This document shows positions 46,737 through 57,923 of a stretch of 64,000 nucleotides of DNA, piece after piece; position 1 is the stretch's first letter; each line of letters starts with the position of its first letter. Origin of the DNA: Sphingomonadaceae bacterium (GTDB lineage Bacteria; Pseudomonadota; Alphaproteobacteria; Sphingomonadales; Sphingomonadaceae); NCBI GenBank assembly GCA_046290045.1, contig JBKBUL010000001.1:865-64864 (forward strand), written 5' to 3'. The notes beneath the pieces were generated by a model. That model worked only from the letters and a program-made list of their open reading frames with translations, was not told where the DNA came from and did not search any database. The translations under genes were made by a program, and so were the position numbers.

Positions 46737-48827
46737 ATGCTGTGCCGCCTGCTGATCCTGCTCGCCCTTCTGCTGCCCGCGCCGGCCCTTGCCAGCGCCG
46801 TCTCGCAGCAGCCCAACACCCGCGTCGAGCTTCTTGCCGAAACGAAGGCTCCGAAACCGGGCGAGACCTTCACCCTCGGTGTCTCGATGACGGCAAGGCC
46901 CGGCTGGCACACCTATTGGGTGAACCCGGGCGACGCCGGCATCGAGACCCGGGCCGAGTGGCGGACGCCACCGGGCGTCACGGTCGGCGCCTTCCGCTAT
47001 CCCGTGCCCCGGACCTACCTGGTCGGCGGGATCATGAATCACGTCTTCGAGGGCGAAGCCATCCTCCTCGCGGATGTGAAGCTGCCCGCCGAGGCGCGCG
47101 GCGCGCTGCCGATCGAGGTCAGGCTCGACTGGCTGGTCTGCGACGACAAGATCTGCGTGCCGGAATCGGCGACACTGTCCTTGCCGCTCATGGTCGGCGA
47201 CGGCGCGCCAGATCCAGCGGTCGCAACCCGCTTCGACTCGGCTCGCAAGGCCTTGCCACAAGCGCTTGGGACATCAGGTGCTTTCACCACATCAGCCGAC
47301 CGGGTTCGGATCCAGGTGCCGGTGTCGCCCGAGGGGATCGCCCGGGCACACTTCTTCCCGCTCGCGCACGACCTCATCGACATGGCGGCACCGCAGCAGC
47401 TTGCCGAACAGGATGGCCAGCTGATCGTCGAGATGAAGCGGGCCGCCAATCCCGGCCCGACAGAACCGCGCACGCGTGGCGTGCTCCGGATCGAGCGGAC
47501 GGACGGCAGCGTGCTGGGTCTCGACCTCAACCTGACGGAAGGATCGGTGCCCCCGGGCCGCCCACTGCAAGCGGCGGCGCAGCAATCGCGCGCCGGGAAC
47601 ACCTTCTGGCCGGCGCTCGGCCTCGCGATCCTCGGCGGCCTTCTCCTCAATCTCATGCCCTGCGTCTTTCCGATCCTGAGCCTCAAGGCGATGAGCCTTG
47701 CGAAATCCGGCCAGTCGGCCGCGCACGCCCGAACGGAGGGCCTCGCCTACACGGCGGGCGTGGTGCTGGTGACGACGGCCCTGGGGCTCGCTGCCATCCT
47801 GATCGCCCAGGCCGGACAAGGGGCTGGCTGGGCCTTCCAGCTGCAGGATCCGCGCGTGATCCTGTTCCTGCTGCTGCTCACCTTCGCGATCGGCCTCAAC
47901 TTCGCCGGCCTGTTCGAAGTGAACCTGGGGGCCGCCAATGCGGGCGCCGGGCTCGCCGCGAGGCCGGGCGCGCAGGGCGCCTTCTTCACCGGCGGGCTGG
48001 CGGCCTTCGTGGCCACGCCCTGCACCGGCCCCTTCATGGCCGGCGCGCTGGGCGCGGCCCTCGTCCTGCCCCCGGCCGCCGGCCTCGCGGTGTTTGCGGG
48101 GCTCGGCCTCGGCCTCGCCCTGCCCTTCCTCGCGATCGGCTTCGTGCCGGCGCTTCGCCGGCGCCTGCCGAAGCCCGGCCCCTGGATGCTCACCTTCCGG
48201 CGGATCCTGGCGGTTCCCATGCTGCTGACGGCGCTGGCGCTCGCCTGGGTGCTGGGCCGGCAGGCCGGCGCGGAGGGGCTGACAGCGGGCCTTGCCGCCG
48301 CGCTCGCGCTCGGCCTCGCGCTGTGGATCCTCGGCCTCAGGCAGCAGCAGGGCCGGCGCGCGCCGCTGGCCGCCAGCCTTGCGATCGCGGTCGCGCTGGC
48401 AGCGCCGCTGGCGCTTGCCCGGCTTCCGGACACAGGCGGCACGGCCCTTGCTGCAACGGCAGCACCGGGCGAGCTCGAGGCGGTCGCCTTCTCGCCCGAG
48501 GCGCTGGCCGAGGCCCGTTCGGCCAGCCGGCCGACCTTCCTCTACTTCACTGCTGACTGGTGCGTGACCTGCAAGGTCAACGAGCGCGGCGCACTGGCCT
48601 CGCCCCGCGTGGCCGAGGCCTTTCGGGCGGCGGGGATCCAGGTGATGGTGGGGGACTGGACACGGCCCGATCCCGCCATCGCCCGCTTCCTGGAGGAACG
48701 CGGCCGCGCCGGAATCCCGCTCTACCTGTTCTACGCCGCCGATGGCTCGGTCGAGGAACTGCCGCAGATCCTGACGGTCGACCGGTTGGTCGGGCTGGCA
48801 AGCAAGGGTTCATCTGCAATCACTTAA
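46737..48827 (+). CDS. dsbD: Protein-disulfide reductase, DsbD/ScsB family
   Basis: GWHTYWVNPGD, LVCDDKICVPE, LNLMPCVFP, ATPCTGP, ADWCVTCK. Confidence 0.88.
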   Translation: MLCRLLILLALLLPAPALASAVSQQPNTRVELLAETKAPKPGETFTLGVSMTARPGWHTYWVNPGDAGIETRAEWRTPPGVTVGAFRYPVPRTYLVGGIMNHVFEGEAILLADVKLPAEARGALPIEVRLDWLVCDDKICVPESATLSLPLMVGDGAPDPAVATRFDSARKALPQALGTSGAFTTSADRVRIQVPVSPEGIARAHFFPLAHDLIDMAAPQQLAEQDGQLIVEMKRAANPGPTEPRTRGVLRIERTDGSVLGLDLNLTEGSVPPGRPLQAAAQQSRAGNTFWPALGLAILGGLLLNLMPCVFPILSLKAMSLAKSGQSAAHARTEGLAYTAGVVLVTTALGLAAILIAQAGQGAGWAFQLQDPRVILFLLLLTFAIGLNFAGLFEVNLGAANAGAGLAARPGAQGAFFTGGLAAFVATPCTGPFMAGALGAALVLPPAAGLAVFAGLGLGLALPFLAIGFVPALRRRLPKPGPWMLTFRRILAVPMLLTALALAWVLGRQAGAEGLTAGLAAALALGLALWILGLRQQQGRRAPLAASLAIAVALAAPLALARLPDTGGTALAATAAPGELEAVAFSPEALAEARSASRPTFLYFTADWCVTCKVNERGALASPRVAEAFRAAGIQVMVGDWTRPDPAIARFLEERGRAGIPLYLFYAADGSVEELPQILTVDRLVGLASKGSSAIT

Positions 48828-48837
48828 GGAGGCGTCC

Positions 48838-49434
48838 ATGCTGAAACCCCTGTTCACCGCCGCCGCGCTCGCGCTCGCTGCGCCCCTGCTCGCCAATGCG
48901 ACGGTTGGCCAGCCCGCGCCCGTCTTCACCGCGACCGACAGCCAGGGCCGGACCCACAATCTGTCCGACTTCCGCGGCAAGACGGTGGTTCTCGAATGGA
49001 CCAATGCCGACTGCCCGTTCGTCCAGAAATTCTATTCCGGCGGTGACATGCAGAAGCTCCAGGCCGAGGCCCGCCAGCAGGGCGTCGTGTGGCTCACCAT
49101 CAACTCCGGCGCGCCGGGCAAGCAGGGCCATGTGACGCCCGCGCAGGCGAATGCCAAGATGAAGGCGCAGGGCTTCAATTCGACCGCCTATCTGCCCGAT
49201 CCCGACGGCACGATCGGCCGCGCCTATGGTGCGCGAACCACGCCGCACATGTTCGTGATCGATCCCCGGGGAACGCTCGTCTACGCCGGCGGCATCGACA
49301 ATGTGCCGACCGCAAATCCCGCCGACATCGGCAAGGCCCAGAATTATGTCCGCGCGGCGCTTGCCGACCTCGCGGCGGGCCGCGAGATCGCAACCCCGAC
49401 GTCGCGCCCCTACGGCTGCTCGGTCAAATACTGA
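48838..49434 (+). CDS. Periplasmic thioredoxin-fold (AhpC/TSA-like) redoxin
   Basis: Signal peptide, VLEWTNADCPFVQK, ARTTPHMFV, YGCSVKY. Confidence 0.87.
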   Translation: MLKPLFTAAALALAAPLLANATVGQPAPVFTATDSQGRTHNLSDFRGKTVVLEWTNADCPFVQKFYSGGDMQKLQAEARQQGVVWLTINSGAPGKQGHVTPAQANAKMKAQGFNSTAYLPDPDGTIGRAYGARTTPHMFVIDPRGTLVYAGGIDNVPTANPADIGKAQNYVRAALADLAAGREIATPTSRPYGCSVKY

Positions 49435-49488
49435 CCGGGACGTCCCGGCGCGCAGGCTGGCAACGCCCGAACATCGGTCCGGCCGCGC

Positions 49489-51288
49489 TCAGCGCGGCCG
49501 GATCTGGATCGACAGTTCCTTGAGCTGCCGCTCGGAGACGGGGGACGGCGCCCCCATCATCAGGTCCTCGGCCTTCTGGTTCAAGGGGAACAGCACCACT
49601 TCGCGCAGGTTCGGCTCGTCGGCCAGCAGCATCACGATCCGGTCCACGCCCGGTGCCGATCCGCCGTGCGGCGGCGCGCCATACTTCAGCGCGTTGATCA
49701 TGCCCGGGAAGTTGGTGTCCACCTGCTCGCGCGAGTAGCCCGCGATCTCGAAGGCCTTGTACATAATGTCCGGCCGGTGGTTGCGGATCGCGCCCGACGA
49801 CAGCTCCACGCCATTGCACACGATGTCATACTGGTAGGCGAGGATCTCGAGCGGGTCCTTCGTCTCAAGCGCCGCCAGCCCGCCCTGCGGCATGGAGAAG
49901 GGGTTGTGGCTGAAGTCGATCTTCCCCGTGTCGGGATCGCGCTCGTACATCGGGAAATCGACGATCCAGCAGAAGCGATAGGCGCCCTCTTCCACGAGGC
50001 CGAGCTGCTCGCCGACCCTGAGGCGCGCCGCTCCCGCAAGCTTCGCGGCCGCCGCTTCCGGCCCGGCAGCGAAGAAGCAGCCATCGTCCGGCCCGAGGCC
50101 GATGGCGGCAAAAAGGTCGGCCATGGCCGCCTCGCCATGGTTCTTGGCGATGGGGCCGCCGAACTCGCCGCCCTTGCGCGTCACGTAGCCGAGGCCGGCA
50201 TGGCCCTCGGCGCGCGCCCACTCGTTCATGTCGTCGAAGAACTTGCGGCTGTGGGCAGCCGTGCCCGGCGCCGGAATGGCGCGCACCACGCCACCGCCCG
50301 CCACGATCTTCGCGAACAGGCCGAAACCCGACCCGCGGAAATGCTCGGTCACATCCCTGATGATCAGGGGGTTGCGAAGGTCCGGCTTGTCCGAACCATA
50401 GTCCAGCATCGCCCGGGCATAGGGGATGCGGGGGAAAGGCGCAGGCGTGACGGCCCAGGGCTTCGCCCGGTTCCAGCCGGCGAATTCCTCGAACAGCCCC
50501 CCCAGCACCGGCTCGATGGCCGCGAACACATCCTCCTGCGTCACGAAGCTCATCTCGAAGTCGAGCTGGTAGAATTCGCCAGGGGACCGATCGGCGCGGG
50601 CATCCTCGTCGCGGAAGCAGGGCGCGATCTGGAAATAGCGGTCGAAGCCGGCCACCATCAGCAGCTGCTTGAACATCTGCGGGGCCTGCGGCAACGCGTA
50701 GAACTTGCCCGGATGCAGGCGCGAGGGCACCAGGAAGTCGCGCGCGCCCTCGGGGCTGGAGGCGGTCAGGATCGGCGTCTGGAACTCGGTGAAGCCGGCC
50801 TCGATCATGCGCCGCCGGATGGAGGCGATCACCGCCGAGCGCAGCATGATGTTGCGGTGCAGCCGCTCGCGCCGCAGATCGAGGAAGCGGTAGCGAAGAC
50901 GGATGTCCTCGGGGTAATCGGCCTCGCCCGCCACCGGCAGTGGCAGTTCCGCCGCTTCCGACTGCACCTCCACCCCGCGCACCCTGACTTCGATCTCGCC
51001 GGTGGGCAGGTTGGGGTTCACGGTCGCGCCGTCGCGCGCCACCACCTCGCCGTCGATCGTGACGACCGATTCAAGGCGAAGGCTCTCCAGCCGCGCAAGG
51101 TGCGGCGAGCCGGCCGCGACCACCAGCTGGGTCAGGCCATAGTGGTCGCGCAGGTCCACGAACAGCACGCCGCCATGGTCACGCTTGCGGTGGATCCAGC
51201 CCGACAGGCGGACGGTCTCACCCACATGAGCGGCGCGCAGTTCGCCGCAGGTGTGGCTTCGATAGGGGTGCAGGGGGCTCTGGGGCAT
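49489..51288 (-). CDS. aspS: Aspartate--tRNA ligase
   Basis: [38 protein letters not shown]. Confidence 0.98.
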   Translation of the reverse strand: MPQSPLHPYRSHTCGELRAAHVGETVRLSGWIHRKRDHGGVLFVDLRDHYGLTQLVVAAGSPHLARLESLRLESVVTIDGEVVARDGATVNPNLPTGEIEVRVRGVEVQSEAAELPLPVAGEADYPEDIRLRYRFLDLRRERLHRNIMLRSAVIASIRRRMIEAGFTEFQTPILTASSPEGARDFLVPSRLHPGKFYALPQAPQMFKQLLMVAGFDRYFQIAPCFRDEDARADRSPGEFYQLDFEMSFVTQEDVFAAIEPVLGGLFEEFAGWNRAKPWAVTPAPFPRIPYARAMLDYGSDKPDLRNPLIIRDVTEHFRGSGFGLFAKIVAGGGVVRAIPAPGTAAHSRKFFDDMNEWARAEGHAGLGYVTRKGGEFGGPIAKNHGEAAMADLFAAIGLGPDDGCFFAAGPEAAAAKLAGAARLRVGEQLGLVEEGAYRFCWIVDFPMYERDPDTGKIDFSHNPFSMPQGGLAALETKDPLEILAYQYDIVCNGVELSSGAIRNHRPDIMYKAFEIAGYSREQVDTNFPGMINALKYGAPPHGGSAPGVDRIVMLLADEPNLREVVLFPLNQKAEDLMMGAPSPVSERQLKELSIQIRPR

Positions 51289-51353
51289 GGGCGCGCTCGT
51301 GAACGGGCTTGCCTCCCTTTTGTCAAGGCGGATGCGTCGCGCTAACGGGGCCC

Positions 51354-52628
51354 ATGCAGATTCACCCCCTCGTCACCGAGACCGACACGCTCGCCCGCCG
51401 GTGTGCGCGGCTCGCCGGCCAGCCCTATCTCTGCCTCGATACCGAGTTCATGCGCGAGAGCACCTACTGGCCGGAGCTGTGCCTCGTGCAACTGGCGAGC
51501 CCCGACGAGGCCTTCGCGGTCGATCCGCTGGCGCCGGGCCTCGATCTTGCGCCGCTTTACGAACTGCTGGCCGACGAGAGCCTCCTCAAGGTGCTGCACG
51601 CCGGCGGGCAGGACATCGAGATCTTCGTGCATCGCACCGGCCGGGTGCCCCAGCCGCTGTTCGACACCCAGGTGGCCGCCATGGCGCTCGGCATGGGCGA
51701 GCAGGTCAGCTACGCCAATCTCGTCGCCCATTTCACCGGCCAGCAGATCGACAAGGGCGCGCGCTTCACCGACTGGGCCCGGCGCCCGCTGTCGGAGCGG
51801 CAGATTGCCTATGCCATCGGCGACGTGACGCACCTGTCGGCACTGTTCCCGAAAATGCTGGCGAAGCTCAGGCGGACCGGTCGCGGGGAATGGCTCGACG
51901 AGGAAATGGCGCGCCTGTCGGACCCGGCCAATTACACCGTCGCGCCCGAGACCGCCTGGCAGCGACTGAAGCTGCCCAACCGCAAGCCCGACACGCTCGG
52001 CCGACTGAAGGCGCTCGCCGCCTGGCGGGAGGCCGAAGCGCAGGACAAGAATGTGCCGCGCGGCCGGATCGTGAAGGACGAGACGCTGGCCGATCTCGCG
52101 GCCGCGCCGCCGGCAACGCAGGCCGATCTCGCCCGGGTGCGCGGGCTTTCGCCGGCCTGGGCGACCAACGCCATCGGTGCCCGGCTGATGGCGGTGCTCG
52201 CCGGGGCCCAGCCGCTGCCGGAGGCCGAGATGCCGGCCAGGGAGAATCGCCCCGGCCTCTCGACCGATGCCTCGCTGGTTGCCGATCTTCTGAAGCTGCT
52301 GCTCAAGATCCGCGCCAAGGAGTCCGGGGTCGCACCGCGCCTCATTGCCCGCGGCGAGGAACTGGACGCGCTCGCCGCCGGCCAGCGAACGGGCCTCGCC
52401 CTGCTCGAAGGCTGGCGGTTCGAGCAGTTCGGCGCGGATGCGCTGGCGCTGGTGGAGGGACGGCTCGGCTTCTCGGTGGCGAACGGCAAGCTCAGGATGC
52501 AAGCGCTCGAAGCTCGGCCGGTGTCAGCAGGCGAAGCTTCGGCTCCAGCTGAAACGCCTGCGCCAGATAGCGATGCCGCCGCTCCACAGGCTCGCCGTAG
52601 AGCGCCGCCGCGTCGCGCGAAAGGCTGA
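51354..52628 (+). CDS. rnd: Ribonuclease D
   Basis: [44 protein letters not shown] region. Confidence 0.95.
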   Translation: MQIHPLVTETDTLARRCARLAGQPYLCLDTEFMRESTYWPELCLVQLASPDEAFAVDPLAPGLDLAPLYELLADESLLKVLHAGGQDIEIFVHRTGRVPQPLFDTQVAAMALGMGEQVSYANLVAHFTGQQIDKGARFTDWARRPLSERQIAYAIGDVTHLSALFPKMLAKLRRTGRGEWLDEEMARLSDPANYTVAPETAWQRLKLPNRKPDTLGRLKALAAWREAEAQDKNVPRGRIVKDETLADLAAAPPATQADLARVRGLSPAWATNAIGARLMAVLAGAQPLPEAEMPARENRPGLSTDASLVADLLKLLLKIRAKESGVAPRLIARGEELDALAAGQRTGLALLEGWRFEQFGADALALVEGRLGFSVANGKLRMQALEARPVSAGEASAPAETPAPDSDAAAPQARRRAPPRRAKG

Positions 52629-54051
52629 GCACCAGCGCCGCCGACTCGCGAGACAGGTGCGCGCGCGCCAGCGGGCCGGCCGCCCCGCCACCCAGCCGCT
52701 GGCCGAGCCGAAGCGCGAGGCCCCAGCGCCGCGCGACCTCGAGCGCGTCGGGCGAGGCCAGCTCATCGAGTCGAGCGGCGGCCGGTGGCGGCCATCCCCC
52801 GCCGTTCACCACCCAGAGCGCCGTCGCGAGCATCGCCCGACCGGCCGCATCGATTCCGACCCAGGTGCCGTGCAGCGCCGTGTCGAGGCCCTGCTCGGCC
52901 CGCATGTCGGGATGGGCGCGCCACGCCGAGTCCGCCAGGTAGCAGGCGGCATGGCGAATCCGCCGAAGCGCAGGCGCCTCGCCCTCGAACAGCGGGTCGG
53001 TGAAAGCGAGCAGCGCCTCGCCCACCTCCGCATCGCTGCCGTCCGAAAAACGGCCCATCCGCTCGGCGGTATCGCGCGCGGCTGTCAGCAGCGGGTCCTG
53101 CGCGCGGGCATGGGGCGCAAGCGCCTGGTAGAGCAGCCCCTCGCGGAGCCCATAGGCCGAGGTGATGATCGAGGCGCTGCCGAGCCGCCGGGTCACGTCG
53201 CGCAGCAGGGCGGCCGCGCCCGGCAGCTGCGGCACGCGCGAGGCTGAAATCGCCGGCACATCCTTGAGGGATTTGAGTGAGATGCGAGCCAACGTTCGCA
53301 CGAGCCGATCGGGTGCGTCGGAGGGCATGACATGGTGGTGGATGACCGGCAGCGGCCAGTCGGTCAGGTGCATGTGCAGCTGCGCGAGCGCCCGCCAGCT
53401 GCCACCCACCGCGTAGAAGGGCTTGCCCCGGCCCAGCGAGATCCAGCCAACCTGGTCGAGCGCCTCGTCGATCTCGGCCGAGAGCGCGCGGCGGCTCTTC
53501 TTGCGCAAGGCATCAAGGCGAAGCGCGCCGAGCGGCAGGGAGACCCGCTCATGCGCTTCGCCGCCGCCGATCCGCACCAGCTCGAGCGAGCCCCCGCCCA
53601 GGTCCCCGACGATGCCGTCGGCCTCGGGAATGCCGGCGATGACCCCCATGGCGGCGCCGCGCGCCTCGGTTTCCCCGTCGATCACCTCGACTTCGAGCCC
53701 GGTCTCGGCGCGAATGTTGGCGGCGAACTGGGCGCCATTGGCTGCGTCGCGAACGGCGGCCGTCGCCACGGCGCGAAGGCTGTCGACACCCATCGACTCG
53801 CAGAGCAGGGCAAAACGCCGAAGCGCGGTCAGTGCGACTGCCATCGACTCCTCGGTCAGCAGGCCGCCGCTCGCGAGGCCCCGGCCGAGCCCCGCCATCA
53901 CCTTCTCGTTGAACAGCACCGCCGGGGTGCGGCTGAGGCCCTGGTAGACGACGAGCCGGATCGAGTTGGAGCCGATGTCGATGACGGCGATTCGCGGCGC
54001 CAGATGCCCCGCGTGCGGCGCGAGGCCCGGATCGGCGAGCAGGGTCGCCAT
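52492..54051 (-). CDS. ppx: Ppx/GppA exopolyphosphatase
   Basis: IDIGSNSIRLV, ATAAVRDA, GDLGGGSLE, AYGLREG. Confidence 0.93.
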   Translation of the reverse strand: MATLLADPGLAPHAGHLAPRIAVIDIGSNSIRLVVYQGLSRTPAVLFNEKVMAGLGRGLASGGLLTEESMAVALTALRRFALLCESMGVDSLRAVATAAVRDAANGAQFAANIRAETGLEVEVIDGETEARGAAMGVIAGIPEADGIVGDLGGGSLELVRIGGGEAHERVSLPLGALRLDALRKKSRRALSAEIDEALDQVGWISLGRGKPFYAVGGSWRALAQLHMHLTDWPLPVIHHHVMPSDAPDRLVRTLARISLKSLKDVPAISASRVPQLPGAAALLRDVTRRLGSASIITSAYGLREGLLYQALAPHARAQDPLLTAARDTAERMGRFSDGSDAEVGEALLAFTDPLFEGEAPALRRIRHAACYLADSAWRAHPDMRAEQGLDTALHGTWVGIDAAGRAMLATALWVVNGGGWPPPAAARLDELASPDALEVARRWGLALRLGQRLGGGAAGPLARAHLSRESAALVLSLSRDAAALYGEPVERRHRYLAQAFQLEPKLRLLTPAELRALAS

Positions 54052-56720
54052 CAGGCCGGCACGGCAAGGCCGGCAAGATGCGCGCGAACCGCGTCGATGG
54101 CCGCGGCCGCGGCCCCGCCATCAGGTCCGCCTGCCTGCGCCAGGTCGGGCCGGCCACCGCCGCCCTGCCCGCCCAGCGCCGCCGCTGCGACTCGAACGAG
54201 ATCGACGGCCGACACCCGCTCGAGCGCCTCGCCCGCGACCCCGACGACGACCGAGGCCCGGCCCTCGTTGACTGCGACCAGCGCGACGACGCCGGAGCCG
54301 AGGCGCGCCTTCTCTTCATCAACGAGGCCCTTGAGGCTGCGCGCTTCCACGCCCTCGAGCACCCGGCCGGTGAAGGCGAAGGGGCCAATGGTCTCCGGGC
54401 CGGCGGCCGCGGTGCTGGCCGGCCCGGCCAGCGCCAGCGCCTTCTTCGCGTCCGCAAGCTCGCGCTCCAGCCGCCGCACCGCCTCGGCGAGCGCCGACAC
54501 CCGCTCGGGCAGCTCCTCGGGCCGCACCTTCGCAGCGCTGGCGGCGGCCTTCAACCGCTCCTCCTGCGCGGCGAGATGGACGAGCGCGCCGGCCCCGGTC
54601 AGCGCCTCGATCCGGCGCACGCCGGCCGAAACCGCCGATTCCGAGACGATCCGGAACAGCGCGATATCGCCGGTCGCTGCCACATGCGTGCCCCCGCACA
54701 GCTCGACCGAATAGGCGCGGCTGGTCTCGTCGGGGCGGCCCATGGCAAGCACGCGCACCTCGTCGCCATATTTCTCGCCGAACAGCGCCAGCGCGCCCGC
54801 CTCGATGGCCGCGTCCGGTGTCATCAGCCGGGTGGAAACCGGCAGGTTCGCCCGGATCTCGGCATTCACCTCGGCCTCGATGGCCGCCAGCTCGTCGGCG
54901 GTCAGCGCCCGGGGGTGCGAGAAGTCGAACCGCAGCCGGTCGGGCGCGACCAGAGAGCCCTTCTGCGCCACATGCGGGCCGAGCACCCGGCGAAGCGCGG
55001 CGTGCATCAGGTGGGTGGCCGAATGGTTGGCGCGGATGGCCGCGCGCCGCTCGGCATCGACCTTGAGCGTCACCACATCGCCCACGCGGATCGTGCCGCT
55101 TTCAAGGCGGCCGCGATGCGCGTGGAGGCGCCCCAGCGGTTTCTGCGTATCCACCACCTCGAACCGCGCGCCGTCGGCCGTCTCGATGAGACCGCTGTCG
55201 CCCACCTGCCCGCCCGACTCGCCGTAGAAGGGCGTCTGGTTCGTGAGCACCACCAGCTCGTCGCCGGCCTCGCCTTGCGAAACCTCGGCACCGCCCTTCA
55301 CCAGCGCGACCACCTCGCCCTGGCCCTGGGTTGCGGCATAGCCGGTGAAGTCGGTCGCGCCGAGCCGGTCGGCGAGGTCGAACCAGAGCGAATCGGTCGC
55401 GCTTGCCCCGCTGCCGGCCCAGGCGGCGCGGGCGCGGGCGCGCTGCTCGGCCATGGCCGCGTCGAAGCCGGCGCGATCGACACCGAGACCCTGCGCCTTC
55501 AGCGCATCCTCGGTGAGGTCATAGGGAAAGCCATAGGTGTCATAGAGACGGAAGGCGACCTCGCCCGGCAGCGTGCCGCCCGGCTTCAGGCCGGCGCTCG
55601 CCTCGTCCAGCAGCTTCAGACCCTTGTCGAGCGTCTGGCGGAAGCGCGTCTCCTCGAGCTTCAGCGTCTCGGTGATCAGCGGCTGCGCGCGGACCAGCTC
55701 GGGATAGGCCCCGCCCATCACCGAAACGAGCGCCGGCACCAGCCGGTGCATGAGGGGCTCGCTCGCCCCCAGCAGGTGCGCGTGGCGCATGGCGCGGCGC
55801 ATGATGCGCCTCAGCACATAGCCGCGGCCTTCATTGGCGGGGAGCACGCCATCGGCCACCAGGAACCCGGCCGAGCGCAGATGGTCGGCGATCACCCGGT
55901 GCGAGGCCCGAGTCGCCGGCGCGTTCGGATCGGTGCGGGTCAGCGCGGCCGATTCGCCGATCAGCGCCTTGAAGATGTCGGTGTCGAAATTGTCGTGCGT
56001 GCCCTGCAGCACGGCGGCGATCCGCTCGAGGCCCATGCCGGTGTCGATCGACGGCCGCGGCAGCGACAGCCGCGTGCCATCGGCCTGCTGGTCGAACTGC
56101 ATGAACACGAGGTTCCACACCTCGACGAAGCGGTCGCCATCCTGGTCCGGGCTGCCCGGCGGCCCGCCGGGGATGTGGGCGCCATGATCGTAGAAGATCT
56201 CCGAGCAGGGACCGCACGGCCCGGTGTCGCCCATGGACCAGAAATTGTCCGAGGTCGCGATGCGGACAATGCGCTCGTCCGGCAGGCCCGCAACCTTGCG
56301 CCAGAGGCCGTGCGCCTCGTCGTCATCGTGATAGACGGTGACCGTCAGCCTGTCCTTCGGGATCCCCCACTGCCGCGTCAGCAGGTCCCAGGCGAGCTCG
56401 ATCGCCTCCGCCTTGAAATAGTCCCCGAAGGAGAAGTTCCCCAGCATTTCGAAGAAGGTGTGATGCCGGGCCGTGTAGCCGACATTGTCGAGGTCATTGT
56501 GCTTGCCGCCGGCGCGCACGCACTTCTGCGACGAGGCGGCGCGGACATAGGGGCGAGTCTCGAGGCCGGTGAAGACATTCTTGAACGGCACCATGCCCGC
56601 ATTCACGAACATGAGCGTCGGATCGTTCTGCGGCACGAGCGGCGCCGAGGGCACCACCGTGTGGCCGGCGCGCGCGAAATGATCGAGGAAGGATTGCCGG
56701 ATGTCGGCCGAAGAGGTCAT
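54051..56720 (-). CDS. alaS: Alanine--tRNA ligase
   Basis: [53 protein letters not shown]. Confidence 0.98.
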   Translation of the reverse strand: MTSSADIRQSFLDHFARAGHTVVPSAPLVPQNDPTLMFVNAGMVPFKNVFTGLETRPYVRAASSQKCVRAGGKHNDLDNVGYTARHHTFFEMLGNFSFGDYFKAEAIELAWDLLTRQWGIPKDRLTVTVYHDDDEAHGLWRKVAGLPDERIVRIATSDNFWSMGDTGPCGPCSEIFYDHGAHIPGGPPGSPDQDGDRFVEVWNLVFMQFDQQADGTRLSLPRPSIDTGMGLERIAAVLQGTHDNFDTDIFKALIGESAALTRTDPNAPATRASHRVIADHLRSAGFLVADGVLPANEGRGYVLRRIMRRAMRHAHLLGASEPLMHRLVPALVSVMGGAYPELVRAQPLITETLKLEETRFRQTLDKGLKLLDEASAGLKPGGTLPGEVAFRLYDTYGFPYDLTEDALKAQGLGVDRAGFDAAMAEQRARARAAWAGSGASATDSLWFDLADRLGATDFTGYAATQGQGEVVALVKGGAEVSQGEAGDELVVLTNQTPFYGESGGQVGDSGLIETADGARFEVVDTQKPLGRLHAHRGRLESGTIRVGDVVTLKVDAERRAAIRANHSATHLMHAALRRVLGPHVAQKGSLVAPDRLRFDFSHPRALTADELAAIEAEVNAEIRANLPVSTRLMTPDAAIEAGALALFGEKYGDEVRVLAMGRPDETSRAYSVELCGGTHVAATGDIALFRIVSESAVSAGVRRIEALTGAGALVHLAAQEERLKAAASAAKVRPEELPERVSALAEAVRRLERELADAKKALALAGPASTAAAGPETIGPFAFTGRVLEGVEARSLKGLVDEEKARLGSGVVALVAVNEGRASVVVGVAGEALERVSAVDLVRVAAAALGGQGGGGRPDLAQAGGPDGGAAAAAIDAVRAHLAGLAVPA

Positions 56721-56829
56721 GCCAGTGCCCATGTCCGCTGCCGGAACGTACCGGCGCGGCCCTCATTAGGGGGCGGCGGCGCCGGCTTGCAAGGCCGGGC
56801 GAGGTCGCGGGCTCCGAACTCGCCGCCCT

Positions 56830-56858
56830 CTTGAAAGCGGGAGGGACAATCCCAGATC
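56830..56858 (+). promoter_or_regulatory. Putative RpoH promoter of the Hsp20 gene
   Basis: CTTGAA-N14-CCCAGATCT. Confidence 0.65.
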
Positions 56859-56864
56859 TCTGTC

Positions 56865-56957
56865 GTCCGCGGTCGCCTTCACGGGGCTGCGGAACCATCG
56901 CCCGGCCGGATGGCGGGCACAACCAGGACCATTGCTTTGAGAAAGGATGGAACCATG
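56865..56957 (+). promoter_or_regulatory. ROSE-like RNA thermometer in the ibpA 5' UTR
   Basis: CCATTGCTTT-GAG-AAAGGATGG hairpin (56929-56950): UUGCU with bulged G pairs with the AGGA Shine-Dalgarno; GC-rich hairpins upstream. Confidence 0.75.
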
Positions 56958-57416
56958 CGCACCAGCTTCGACTTTTCCCCCCTGCTTCGCTCGTCGATCG
57001 GCTTCGAGAATCTGAACCGGCTGATCGACATTGCGACGCGCGCCGCCGAAGGCGACACGAGCTTCCCGCCCTACAACATTGAGAAGCTCGGCGAGGATCG
57101 CTACCGCATCACCATGGCGGTGGCCGGCTTTGCGCGCGACGAACTGGACATCACCGTCCAGGAAAACACGCTGATCGTGACCGGCAAGGCCGCCGAGGAA
57201 ACCCAGTCGACCGAGCGCACCTTCCTGCATCGCGGGATCGCCAAGCGCGCCTTCGAGCGCCGCTTCCAGCTCGCCGACGTCATCAAGGTGACCGGCGCCA
57301 GCTTCGAGAACGGCCTGCTCAACATCGACCTGAAGCGCGAGGTGCCCGAGCACAAGAAGCCGCGCAAGGTCGTGATCGGCGGCGAACCCCAGGTCATCGA
57401 GGGCGAAGCCGCCTGA
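56955..57416 (+). CDS. ibpA: Small heat shock protein Hsp20 (IbpA family)
   Basis: FDFSPLLRSSIGFE, FPPYNIE, AVAGF, LHRGIAKRAFER, NGLL. Confidence 0.95.
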   Translation: MRTSFDFSPLLRSSIGFENLNRLIDIATRAAEGDTSFPPYNIEKLGEDRYRITMAVAGFARDELDITVQENTLIVTGKAAEETQSTERTFLHRGIAKRAFERRFQLADVIKVTGASFENGLLNIDLKREVPEHKKPRKVVIGGEPQVIEGEAA

Positions 57417-57424
57417 CGTTTCCC

Positions 57425-57452
57425 TCCCCCTGCGCCGGAGGGCGCAGGGGGA
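57425..57452. terminator. Hairpin between convergent ibpA and SnoaL genes
   Basis: TCCCCCTGCGCC-GGAG-GGCGCAGGGGGA perfect 12-bp stem. Confidence 0.55.
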
Positions 57453-57498
57453 CCCCTGCCGGCTGGCCGGGCCCGACAACCCGGGCCGTCAGCGGTGT

Positions 57499-57849
57499 TC
57501 AGTAGTCGTAGCGTTCCTCGACGACCTTTCCGCCCGCGACGCGATAGCCGACCACCTCGCGCATCTGCATCCGCTCGCCCACCTTGGGCGTCACGTCGAT
57601 ATCCATCAGGATCAGGAAGCTGTCGCCGTTCACGAACGGCCCTTCCGACCTGAAGGCGTGAACCTCGTGGTTCGCTTCCCACCATTGCGCCTTTGCGAGC
57701 GCCGCCTCGCGGCCGACGGTTCGGGACATCTCGCCCGGCATCGCCTCGATCGTCACGATCTCGTCCGACCAGTGCTTCCGCGCCGCCTCGTCCATCTTGC
57801 CGGCGGCCACCAGGGCGGCATAGTCGGCCGCAAGCTCGCGCACGTCCAT
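57499..57849 (-). CDS. SnoaL-like / NTF2-fold protein
   Basis: 116 aa; TIEAMPG, EVH...EGPFVNGD, GKVVEERY pattern. Confidence 0.8.
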   Translation of the reverse strand: MDVRELAADYAALVAAGKMDEAARKHWSDEIVTIEAMPGEMSRTVGREAALAKAQWWEANHEVHAFRSEGPFVNGDSFLILMDIDVTPKVGERMQMREVVGYRVAGGKVVEERYDY

Positions 57850-57923
57850 TGCCCGGCCTCCCCGTCTGGAGTGGATGCAGCATGCGCCTTTGCCGTCGAG
57901 GACTCAAGACGAGGGAGGTTCAC

